This document shows positions 52,595 to 64,000 of a stretch of 64,000 nt of DNA, piece by piece (the stretch's first letter is position 1; each line of letters starts with the position of its first letter). Under the pieces are notes generated by a model. It was not told the origin of the DNA, made no database searches, and was given only the letters and a program-made list of their open reading frames with translations. The position numbers and the translations under genes are program-made. This stretch comes from Lama glama (lineage: Eukaryota), in contig CM052817.1 of assembly GCA_028534125.1 (NCBI GenBank), forward strand, positions 83,206,001 through 83,270,000. Reading direction: 5' to 3'.

Positions 52595-52999
52595 CTAGGC
52601 AACACCAACAGAGAAATATAGACAAGATCATTTCCAGCAATGGTGGGATTTGAGGAAAACCAAGCAAGAAAAAAAAAATTGGATAGAGATTGACATAGTT
52701 CATGCCTACCACCTTGGAAAATGATAAAAATTGCAAATTTAACAGGATTCTCAATAAAGACATGCCTGAAATGGCCTTTTGAAAAACCATGAATGACCTC
52801 TGGAGTGGTCATCCATACCTCCCAACCTGAACTAACACTTCTGTGGGGAAAGCTTCCCAAATATATGCTTCCATGTGGCTCTTTGCAGCCCTCCTTAAAT
52901 TCCCCCAGCCCCGGTTCTACATCCTTCTTTTCTTCCTTGTCTCCACCTAACTGGAAGCTTTTGTCTCTAACTTATTTCCAAAGTTCCTCTTCTACATGT

Positions 53000-53530
53000 T
53001 TATATGGCCACCTGAAATTCATGTGGAAGTATAAACATTTACATATAAATAAAATATGCCTGGGATAGAGTTGCACGGACTTCAAATTCAACATGTCTAA
53101 ATCTCACTCATTCTCTTTTTCATTCTCTTTCCCCAAAATACAGCTCCGACTTTTCTATTACTATCAATGACATCACTCTTCTCGTCTCTCAATCTAGAAG
53201 AGTGCAAGTGAACTTCTCTTTCCATTCCTATAAGAAATAAAAATAAAATAAAACTTCTCTCATTAATTCTTCCTTCAAACTTCTTTTCCTTCTTCCTTTC
53301 CATTTTCACCCCCATCTCACTGGTTGATTTATCTTCTCACGCCTGAACTATTTCAAGCACCTAAGCTGGATGCCCAACCATCAGCCTTTCCCTACCATAA
53401 CTCTCTTGCACACACCATAAGAGACTTACCTTCCTAAATCACCTATACATCTTGCCCCCACACCATATTCTAAAACTTTAAACAGGTCTTTGATGACAGT
53501 TAAATTCTTTAACTGGATATCTGAGTCTCT
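53000..53530 (+). mobile_element. L2 fragment
   Basis: ttcaaattcaacatgtctaaatctcactcattctc...ttctattactatcaatgacatcact...ttctcacgcctgaactatttcaa. Confidence 0.7.
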
Positions 53531-53569
53531 ATCTGCCTTCCACTTATCCTTTCATTTTATCACCATACC

Positions 53570-53935
53570 AAGTCTTGATGAGCGATGGGAAATGTTGGGG
53601 GAACAGAAACTGTCACGCACTACTGGTAGAAATATAAAACTGTGCAACCACTTAGGAAAAAAGTGCTTAAAAATGTGAACATTCTCACACCATATGATCC
53701 AGGAATTCCATTTCTAATCATCTATCCAAAAGAAGTGAAATTTCAAGTTAACATTCACAATAGCTTTTTTTGTAATGGACAAAAGTGGAAGCAATCCAAA
53801 TGCCCATCAGAAGGTGAACAGATAAATGATGATGATCCACCCAATGAAATACTGCTTAGATATAAAAATAATAAATTATAGATACAAATTATAAAAATTT
53901 CTGTAAAGTTCTACAAAATGCATGCTAATGTATAG
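53570..53935 (+). mobile_element. Ancient L1ME ORF2 C-terminal/3' fragment
   Basis: ctggtagaaatataaaactgtgcaaccactt, catatgatccaggaattccatttct (PYDPGIP), aagtggaagcaatccaaatgcccatca (KWKQSKCPS). Confidence 0.8.
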
Positions 53936-56900
53936 GGGTGGTAGAGTCATCTGGTCTTCCTGATGATGCCTACCAGAAATAATTGTGCCAAAGTCCTTGG
54001 TACAACAGACAATAATTACTTGGTTGAATTTTCCTTTTCCTGTCAATACTCTTTTCCAATATGGGTGTGTTATGTGTGTTTATATATACATGAGAGAGAG
54101 AAGGTGGAGGAGAGAGAGAGAGCAGGCAGAGAGAGGAGAGGGGAGGAGAGGAGAGACTAGGAAGTCTGGGATTTAAAATACTAACCTTGACTACTTCAAT
54201 ATAATATTATGGCTTTCTGCTAGAGTAAGCTTAAACTGAGTCCAGACATTGTATTTAAATAATGAAATGTACATAGTCATACTCTCAGAATTTGACATTA
54301 GTTTCTTAAAGTATTTATTGTTCAGTAGATTTGGTAATATTTTCCTTTCAATGGGAATTTTTCTTTTGGGTAAGTGACGGAACTCTAAGGGTCAGCTTCC
54401 ATTTCATGCTTTCCCTTAAATAACCAGTTTAGTTAAGCACTGACAGTGACCTTCGCTGTTTATTTAATTCAGTATTAAAACTGTTTATTTGACTTCTCTT
54501 CCAATGGGGCCATATAGACAATTAAGAGAGATAGCCATCTCCCTTTAAGCAACAGGGAGGAAGATAAGAAGATATCACCAATCCAAATAACTAGATACCT
54601 AATTAGTGTTTTTTCTTTAAGCAGGGTTTCACCTCTAGAAACTCAGTGTCTGGATAAAACCCAGTACCAAGGCCACTTTGACTACAAAACACAGTCACAA
54701 GTGGAAATGCCAACATGCATAAACTAAATATTTGTTATTTCATCATATAGTTAGACCAATCATGGATGATCTTTTCTAAATACTGTTAAAAGAACTAAGC
54801 ATGTGAACTTCTGAAGAGTAATTACTGATTTTTTTGACTAAATTGCACTTTAGCTATTAACTCAGAGTTCTATTATGTACTTGACCAATAATATTTATAA
54901 CATTTCCTCTATAATGCTGTGATTTGTAATTATAATAGCATTTAGCAAGCCTCAGTCATGTGACAAGCACTATTCTAAGCATTTTGCATGGGTTAGCTCA
55001 CTTTACCTTTATAATTCAATGAGACAGGAACAAATCATGGGAGATAAGGCATAAAGAGTTAAAGTAAATGGTGGTATCATTAGCCTTACTAGCATCCTTA
55101 AAAACAGTAACATGCTCAAATAGGGACTTAGATCTCACAACAAAATTTAAAAATTTAATTTTAAACAACTGTTTCATTCACCACTCAAGAATCTATCCAA
55201 GTAACAGGTCTCATCGTGCCTTTCTTAAGATACAGATGCATGGTGGTTTTGTCAAAGTAAGAATACTTTCATTAACTTAAACATAACTTCTTTCTTAAGA
55301 AAGTACATAATTCAAACTTTGACACAGTCAAGATATATTTATACCCTTTTCACTACTTAAATATGAATAGGGTTTTACTATTAGAAAATCCAATAAGAAA
55401 TAAATAAATGATGAAAGAGGGCACCTACAACCTTAGGAAGCATTAGAACAACCCGCAAAGCAGAATATAGCTTAAGACTATTTTAATGTTTTGTAAGTCC
55501 TAATGGATATTTGTATTTCAAATATTTTCAAAATCATATTAGCCTTATTAAACTATTCTCTCCACCCTTAAATCTGCCTTTCCCCACTTTAAACCAATCA
55601 ACTCAAGGTCTTTGGGGACTGCCAATTTGGAACATCCTCTGGCTTTGACAACTGGCAGCTGGGATCAATCAGACATAAAATCCAACTTGTCAGCTAAAAC
55701 CAGTCATGTTTCTTAAGCAAGACAATCTGTTAAACAGGTTAGGTCTTAAATTCATGAAAAACATTTGCAAAAACGCATTTTGAACTTGCTCTTCCTAAGT
55801 TCTGAGGCTACAGATGTTACAGACACTGCCATTCTGGAAACTCTCCCAACCATCTATTATTCTTCACTGAAAATGTGAAGGTATCTTCTGGGCTCTTCAG
55901 CTAGCAGGAGACCAGCTTCTCACAGTCATGGGTGGGAATAGATATCCTCAAGTGGAAGGAATCCTTGATTCACCCTGGGTAGTTACATAGTAATTTCTTT
56001 CTGCTGTGCAACTGATTCAGTTCATCATAAGCCAATGTCATCACAGTGCAGTTAGGCTACCTTCCAGTACTGGCTCTGTCATAAGAAGAAAATTTATTAC
56101 AGACATTTCAAAGGAACTACAGAGCTTATAAATCTAAGTGATCTTAGGCAAGGCACATCTTCTCAAGCTTCAATCTCCTTCTCAGTAAAATGAGAGGACT
56201 GGAATGACCAAACTCCAAACTTCTTTCCAATTCTTTAATTCCATTATTCTACTTCTTCCCATTGCTTTTACTTAGCCGGAAGCCTACAACACTCCCTCAC
56301 CATTGCCAGCTCTTATAGTTATCCAGGACCATAGTGAGTCAGTCCCCAAAGAGCATTATGCCATAAATAGTGATGAGTTAGATGAATATTTTTTCAGACT
56401 TCATCATACTAAACAAAGAATAGGAAGGCTTCAAAATAGATAAATGTTGTTGTTCCCCATGGCACCTCAATTTGATTCTCATTACCTTTCAATATCATAA
56501 AATCTTGACACTTTCACGACTGCTAACAAAGTGGGCAAATACACCCAGGCAAATAATCATTCTCCTTGGCTTTGCTCTAGGTAAACATCATTGATGATGC
56601 CTTTTCCTCCCATCAAGCCAAGACCACTCTCAGAATCCTCAAGTCATCCTTCCAGACAGCTACCACCAATTATTCAGAATTGGTAAGAGTGAAAGAACAC
56701 ATGTGAAATTATGGCATATACATTAATTGGTATCAACCCAAACTCAACTGTGATTTATATGTCTCTAATTGGATACGCCCAGAGGCATACACTCGTTTTC
56801 TTTCCACAAAGCATCTCCTTCTCTTTCTACATTCCTATTTTCATAAATGACAATTCCAATAATCCAAACTCCAAATGAGATGTTTTACCTGATTCTTATA

Positions 56901-57089
56901 TCTAATCAATCAAGTTATGCAAACTTAACTAAGTGGTTTTCAGATGTATTCTCTACATTCTGAATAACACTTTCCTAATCTGAAACCTTATTTTTCTTCA
57001 AACTGCAGTAGCTTTTTAACTAGGTTACCTTGCCAATGGTCTTGAGAATATCATGTTTCCCTACTAAACCCCTGAATGAATCCTAACAC

Positions 57090-57323
57090 ATACTAGCATG
57101 ACAGCCTCAGGTTATTCAAATAACTTACATGGTGGCTCAGAGTTTCATAAGCATGTAAAAGTTGCGTGGTCTTTTATAACCTAGTCCTGGAAGTCAGCAT
57201 CGTCTCTACAACACTCTACTGGACAAAGCAGCCACAAGTCCACCCAGATTCAAGGTACACTTGATGGTACATTTGATGGGAGTAATGTCAAAGAAGTTAC
57301 AATCATGTTTTAAAACGACCATA
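57090..57323 (-). mobile_element. MLT1-type LTR fragment within a degenerate L2
   Basis: cttacatggtggctcag...acctagtcctggaagtca...cacccagattcaagg...ttgatgggagtaatgtcaaaga. Confidence 0.65.
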
Positions 57324-57413
57324 TCCAGCTCTCTCATATTATGCTCTAGAAAAACTGAACTAGTACTTCCTCAATTATGCCACTGCACATGATGTTTTCC
57401 CAGTGTGGAATAC

Positions 57414-57900
57414 TGTGATAGTTAATTTTATGTGTCACCTTGCCTGGGCCACAATATGACCAGATAGCTGGTTAAACATTATTTCTGGATGTGTCTGTGA
57501 GGGTGTTTCCAGAAGAGGTTAGCATCTGAGGTTGTAGACTGAGTAAAGCAGACGGCCCTCCCCAATATGTGTGAGCATCACTCAGTCCACTGAGGGCCAG
57601 AAGAGAACAAAAAGGCAGAAGGCTGAATTAAGTCTGCGCATCTACTTGAGCTGGGACACTGATCTTCTCTTGCCCTTGGCACTCCTGGTTCTCAGGCTTT
57701 CAGGGTCAGACAGGAACCTATACTGTCAGCTCTCTGACTCTTAGGCCTTCAAACTACACCAATGGCTTTCCAGGGTCTCCATTTTGCAGGTCGCATATCG
57801 TGGGATTTCTCAGGCTCTAAATTCATGTGAGCCAATACCTTATAATAAATCTGTTTATATAGATCTCCTTGATTCTGTCTCCCTGCAGAACCCTAATACA
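57414..57900 (+). mobile_element. MLT2 (ERVL) solo LTR
   Basis: tgtgatagttaattttatgtgtcaccttgcctgggcc...ttaaacattatttctggatgtgtctgtgagggtgtttcc...gcagaaccctaataca. Confidence 0.9.
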
Positions 57901-58041
57901 GATATTCTCCTTCCCCTCCCTGGAAAACCCCTACTCACTCCTCTAATATCATCAAAATACTACTTCCACTGTGAGAGCTTCCCTGTCTTGCCAAGTGAAC
58001 TTGAACTCCTTTCACGCTCCAGTAAGATCTCAACTCCTAGA

Positions 58042-58170
58042 CCAGGGCTTCTCAAGGATATAGATCACTTGGGATCATATTAAGATTCAGACTGATTCAG
58101 TAGGTCTAAGGTGGAATCAAAGGTTCTGCATTTCTTACAAGTTCCCATGGATGTATAAGTTGCTGTATCA
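58042..58170. mobile_element. MER5A fragment
   Basis: cagggcttctcaa...gatcacttggga...gactgattcagtaggtctaaggtgg...tctgcatttcttacaagttccca. Confidence 0.75.
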
Positions 58171-58799
58171 ATCAGTTTGAATAGCAAAAGGCCACTCCAA
58201 GAGCCTACTCTAATTGCTGGTCCAGAGTGGAGTGCTCCATCCAAGGAAAGGACTGTGGTACAGGGGCAGGTTGCAGACCATGCAATTGGGAGAGAGGCCA
58301 GAGTGGAACAAGAGGAAATACAACAGGCACCTAAGAGCAGGCCGATTGTTAAAATGTGTGTATTTCTGAGAAAGGGAAAGGAAAATTTGCCAAGAGGAGG
58401 GAAATCAGAGGAACCAAGGCAAAAGTTAACGAAGGTTTTAAGTGAAGGATGGGAAGCAGAGAATGGAAAAATCCCAGAGCTAATGAAAAGGTATTTGTAA
58501 AAGCTTTCTGCAGGTTAGAGATAGGAAGGGAGCCATTAGGGCACGAGGCTAAAATTAATATTTTCCAAACTTTTTGCCTACATCTCCACTGAGGCAATCC
58601 TCTTTTTATACTGAATTTTTAAATCTGCATATCTCTGTCTAAATTATACATACCATAAGCTTCCTGAGAACATGAACTGGTTTATTTGAGAATGGTATTT
58701 AAGAGCATACATATGTTTTCTGGGTTCCTATCAACTCTGCCACCACCTGGTTTGGGATCTTAGGGAGTTTTTTTGGGTTTTTTTGTTTTGTTTTTGTTT

Positions 58800-59180
58800 T
58801 CATTTCCCTTAGCATAAAATAAGGGATAATAATAATAATAATGTCCACGCATAGATATTTTGAAAATATTAAAAGAGAATACATGTACAAGTGTTTAACC
58901 TGGACACAGTAGGCCTTAATTTAGTGTTTGATATTATTATAGGGAGGGAGCATGATGTCTAAGAGTCTGGGATGAGAATCAAACTACCAGTCTAAAAATC
59001 TTTTGCTCTCCTATTTACCAGTTGTCTGACCTTGAACATAGTTCTTAACTCCTCTGACCTCAGTTATTTCAACTGTAAAACTGACATGCTCATAGTGTCT
59101 ACTTAATAGAATTAAAAGAACTGAGATTATCCACCCCTGATACATGCAATAAACTATCACTGAATGCTAGTTATTACGGT
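58800..59180 (+). mobile_element. Two adjacent MIR SINEs (58800-58935 and 58940-59180)
   Basis: taaaataagggataataata...; tttaccagttgtctgaccttgaacatagttcttaactcctctgacctcagttatttcaactgtaaaa. Confidence 0.75.
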
Positions 59181-62004
59181 TAGTAGCAGTGGCAGCATGA
59201 TAACACAATCTCGCAGACAGTGGACTTTCTACACATAATTGTTGAATGACTGACTACATCAATGGCTGTAGAAAAGATTAACATTGATTTCAGCAATTTC
59301 ACTTCCCTCTAACACTTTAAAATATTGCCAAATACTAAGGGAAAATTTTTTTCTTAGGACTCATGCAAGAAGGAGATCAAGTAGAGACACTGGGCCCCCA
59401 TCTATCTTCACTTTCATCTTTTGTTATAGGTTAAGCTTCCATGTAAACTTCACTTCAAAAATTATTTCCACAACTAAAAAAATAAAGATTATATCATAAT
59501 TTCCATAAGTATGTCTTCTCCTACAAATCACAAAGAACAGAAGAGAATAAAATATCTGGTTACACTCATGCTAATAGGTGTAAATATCTGAACAACAGTA
59601 AAAATTAAATGAAAGGCAGCTATATCATCACACCATTCCTTATTCCTCTACTGCCTCAGAATCTAAAAATGAAATTAGCTGGGAACAAATATGACACTGA
59701 CCAGCCTGTCGGAATTAGTATTGTGCTGCTGTAATGGCAAAAGAATTAACAGAAATAATAGGCCTAGTTCCAGTACACATGGTGGGAAACCTCTTGCTGA
59801 CAGAAACATACAGGATAGGATTCATCTCAGCATTCCACTGAACATTTAAAGTAAAAACCACAACTCAACTGCACCCCAAAGAATTAGAATCTAGAAGACA
59901 TGTTATTACCCCATTTTACAATAAGTGTCTGGACTAGAATCCTTTAGAAGAGTCACATCCTCTCCCAACTAGTGCTTGTTAAATAAGTGCATTTTTGGTG
60001 GCAGGAAGATGTTTTCTTTTACTTCATATTCACGTTGTTAAACATGGAATAAAGTCAAACATACTTGGTTTCATGAATTCATACAATCTTTTCTCTTGTC
60101 TTCTATTGGATTTGGGAGTGTCACAAAACTTTAAATTTCAGAAGGGAAATATTCCACAATTTCTTTCATATGCAATTCAAAGCTTTTCCTTCTGAAAATT
60201 AGCACCAGGCAGGCACCAGAGACACCCCTTAAAGAGAAGTTATGCATATTCCTATGGCTACATATTACAGACATTTCCATCTTAATGAAAATCCTCCCCA
60301 CTGGTGTGTTTTCTGTAGGCTGAATTACACAGTGTTCTTTTACATAAGTAGTGAGCCCTACAGTCCATACAGATGGGGATAGTAGAAATCAAAAGATCGG
60401 ACCAACCATATTCTGAAGATTATCGAGCAGAAGAAAATAATAATCACCAATGAATTTTAGTCTTATCTTCCCAAATGATGACACTGAAAACAAAAACCTA
60501 CCCACCACACTCAGGAATTGAGGTTCACTATATAATACAGCAACAGATAAGGACACGTGGTTTTCATTAGGAAGTAGTAGTCGCCTAAGGAATATATCAA
60601 TTCTGGCTGCTCATGAGCCACGCCTTAATAAAAAAAAATCTTCAAAGACTATGACATGGGCCAAAGAGCCTTTTATTACTAGAAGACACTTTGGTTCCCA
60701 AATCCCATTATAGAATTGCCATGAGATGACCTACACCTCATAGAAGAATCCAATTTCCCAGGTGGATCTAAGGAACCAACCTTCACACGAAGCCAGACCC
60801 AAATCCCAAAGCTGTCCATCTAAGGAAAGCAAGGGTCTGCCTTCATAAAGAAAACGGCTGAAAAAATCTGTCTAATAATTAATCTCAACTTTGTATGGGG
60901 AAAGTAGGGACAAGTTGTCTTTATATACCAATTTAAAAAAAACATAGAATTTGAATGAGAGATGTTGCTGTTATGACTATACTTCACATTTGAAATGCAA
61001 ACAAGGAAAAAAAAAGGAAGTAAATGCTAAATAAATAAAAATATGTGAGAAAAAGGGGGAATTTATTTAGTACTCATATAATTATTTATAAATGTTTATA
61101 CAGTGAATAACCAAACAATTTTTCTTTTTAAATAAATATTTTGGAGTTAAATAAAGTCACAATTATTCACTTAATTTTTCCTTTCTTCACATGTAATGCT
61201 GAAATAGAATCTTACACCTGGGTTCTAATCAAATCAAATGATAGGTAACAAGGGCATAAATGCTGTGGTGAACCCTGTTCTCCTCCCCTCCTTCCACCCC
61301 TCAAGCCAATCTTCCCACAGACACTACCATTTAAACCACAAACTACAGACTGGGTTTGAGGACTTGCTCAGTTTCAATGAATTTTTCTAGAGTGGAGAGG
61401 GCCTTTCTCAATCACATGTGTATTCCTACAAACACAAAAAGGAATAAAAGGGAAAATATTGGGAATAAAAGAGACTATATATCCTACGTGCTCACCCAGT
61501 AGCTTCTGTCTCAGAATAAATAAATGTTTCACAGGATAGAATAAATATCCTCTAAGGTTTCTCACGTGCTACTCTATTCTCTGTGGCCCCCAAACTGTCA
61601 ATTTATGAAACTCATCCCTACTGTGAATGATTAATGGAATAATTTTGCTTATATATAAAATGTATTTTATCTCTTATTGGGTAGATGGAGAGATGCAAAT
61701 AGCTTATGAGGATAATCAGCATTACTCCCCCATACTGTGTGGTCCAGAGATCTTATTTTCAGGTTTTATCAACACCACTGTCAACACTGTTAAAATTTTC
61801 ATGGCAATCAGTTCATCTTATGTTGGTAATACCACAATGAGTTTGTCCAGAGACTTTTCATCAATATTCATCAGTCAGGGAAAATATTTCAATGATGGAA
61901 GCATATTACTTATATTTTAATGCATGTTATAGAATAGGAAAACTCGTTACTTTAGGCCTCCTCCAAGGCAGGTAACTCTCTAATTATAATGTCCACGAAA
62001 AACT

Positions 62005-62180
62005 ACAACTAACATTTATTGAGCTCCTCCTATATGCCATTCCTGTTAGAGACACTTTGTATGTACCATATCATTAAATCTACACAACAATCCAGTAAAT
62101 TAGGTACTATTTTATCCTTTTACAGATGAAAAAAACTTCAGAAAGATCAGGATTTAAACCAAAGCAAGATGAATCCAGTT
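62005..62180 (-). mobile_element. MIR SINE
   Basis: aactaacatttattgagctcctcctatatgcca...taggtactattttatccttttacagatgaaaaaaac. Confidence 0.8.
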
Positions 62181-62393
62181 ATGTGCATTTAATTATTCTA
62201 TTAGCCCTCATTTCCTATAACTTGAAGTCCGAAAAAAAAATGTTTTTAAAGCAACATTTGAAAGATATTGGCTATGTTGGCTCATGCCACTTGCACTGCA
62301 GTGTTTCTCGGCTGCCTAATATGTAAATGAAATATTCTAAAATTTATTTTTGCTGTCCTGTCTCTTTTTCAGGATGCGGAGGGATAACCTTAC

Positions 62394-62599
62394 CTGTGTA
62401 GGTAAAGTAGCACATGCTTGTTGGAGGTTCCATCCACCTGACTAGCAAGAGAAAGATACTTCGTATAGACTCCTTTCCTCTCTAGGTACAACAACAATTT
62501 AAATTTCTCCTTTAAAACCCATTTGCATGGTCCATCTGTTCCAATTGGCTACTCTCCTGTTTCATGGTGGCTACAGGAGGGAGGTGAGGAATCTACTTG
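62394..62599 (-). other. Candidate exon (206 nt) containing a Kozak-context 17-codon ORF
   Basis: Minus strand: ttgcttgattctcccccag|CAAG...CTACACAG|gtaagg. GCCACCATG at 62571-62563. Confidence 0.4.
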
Positions 62600-64000
62600 C
62601 TGGGGGAGAATCAAGCAACATTGTATTAATTAAATTTGCATCACTGCTGCAAATACACACAGGGGTCAGGGTGATGATGAGTGCATTTTATAAATCAAAT
62701 AAATGAATAATAACTTCTAGAGGCTGCTAAATGTAAAATGTTGGAAGAACAGAAACCAAATGAATACAAACTGTGTTCGAGGGTTACCCTTTCCAATTAA
62801 AACATACACTGAAAACGTTAACCTGATTCATAATCTAAATAAAACTCCCTTTCTGAATGGTTTTCCATCTTTATGAATTTTTTATTACAACAGAAGTTAA
62901 CCAAATGAAAGTCATCCTTAATGAATTCAATGCTTTTAACTTTCTGAAATAAAAAGAAAAAAATGAAAAGAAACATAAAAACTGCCATATTTCTAAAAAT
63001 TCTCCTGCACACACATCTCAAATGCTAGGCTTTTGCTCTTGTCTTTAGGGACTGACTTAAAAATTCAGAAACTATTTTTTGTGGAAAAGACAGAAAAATG
63101 AAAGGGAGAAATAACTAGAGGTCAGGAGGGAGTGAAGGAGTAAAGAAAGTAAAGAAATTTCAAAAAAGAAAAATGAGAAATGAAAAGGGGATAGTTCAAA
63201 TATCTGTAAGAACCAACACACTGTAATTAATATAATAAAATTCAAGGTTCAAGGTCACCAAGCTTTGAAACTTAGCTGAGAATAAACTTTATTTTTCAAA
63301 ATAGCAAAATATACAGAATCTATTAAAACTGGAGCAAATGAAGCAGAAATTCATTGCAAACTTTCAGCACATTATTTTCTTTTCCAATTTTTGGTTTATA
63401 TGTGCTATTTTCAACATCAGTTTCTATGGTGTGACTACTAATCAGGCTGATGGTATTCTGCTAGAAATTGTGGGCTAACCAGAGCATGGTTAGATTTGAT
63501 TTTAAAGAAATAAGCCCTACCTTATAAACCAACAGAACACCTATTAATTGGAACATGAGGTTTGAAATTGAGAATAATTTGCCTAAAGTGATATCCCTTT
63601 AAATCAATGGGAAATCTACAAATTAAAAACAGTATCTTCTTTTTCCTACTGATCTGAAATAAATTACAGTAAGGAAAGAAAATAAGAAAGGATAGAAAGA
63701 AATGTACAATCAAAGGACACACACATCAGTCTTTCAATTGTTAGGGCAAGTAGGCAGCAATCCACCCCAGTCTTTGATCACAGCACTTTGCTGTAATGTG
63801 GCATAGAGATCTGTCATTTTATGTGGGTGCCATAACATGCAAAATGTAAGGAAACATTGCTGCAAGGATTTGAAGTTTCACTGGATGTATTAAAACCACA
63901 GATGTCATCATATTGTGAATCCTCATAAATTTCTTTAAGAAACAACTAGATTTTTAAAATATTGATTCCCTATTATAACTAAATTATGGGTGATCCTCTT

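Noticed and set aside
1..64000. CRISPR array, prokaryotic operon, tRNA/rRNA genes or CpG-island promoter
   Set aside because: None seen. There is no regularly spaced repeat-spacer structure and no CpG island, and the sequence is mammalian repeat-rich DNA.

Overview
Mammalian, AT-rich, repeat-dense DNA. No intact protein-coding gene is visible, and the ORF track is mostly chance ORFs, repeat-derived ORFs or ORFs running through N gaps. The repeat content (young L1s with a camelid-like 3' UTR, a cetartiodactyl MER41-like LTR, MIR/L2/MLT/MER hAT elements, and no Alu, B1, Bov-tA, PRE1 or SINEC that I could see) suggests a camelid assembly; this is inference. The window looks like large introns of a minus-strand gene. 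Several minus-strand segments have proper acceptor/donor pairs (best: 22092-22153 and 52491-52594), and the young L1s all lie antisense to them. The host might be a gene with several non-coding 5' exons such as PEAK1, but that is an unverified recollection. The clearest unusual structures are: an L1 insertion with a ~470-bp 3' transduction bounded by a target-site duplication (TSD) (212-945); two TSD-bounded young L1s whose interiors are collapsed into 500-N gaps; two internally deleted L1s; a 73-bp non-tandem duplication flanked by inverted repeats (48685/49933); and ERVL proviral remnants. I found no evidence for a new biological system. Repeat family names come from recall of consensus sequences, and repeat boundaries are approximate unless a TSD is given.
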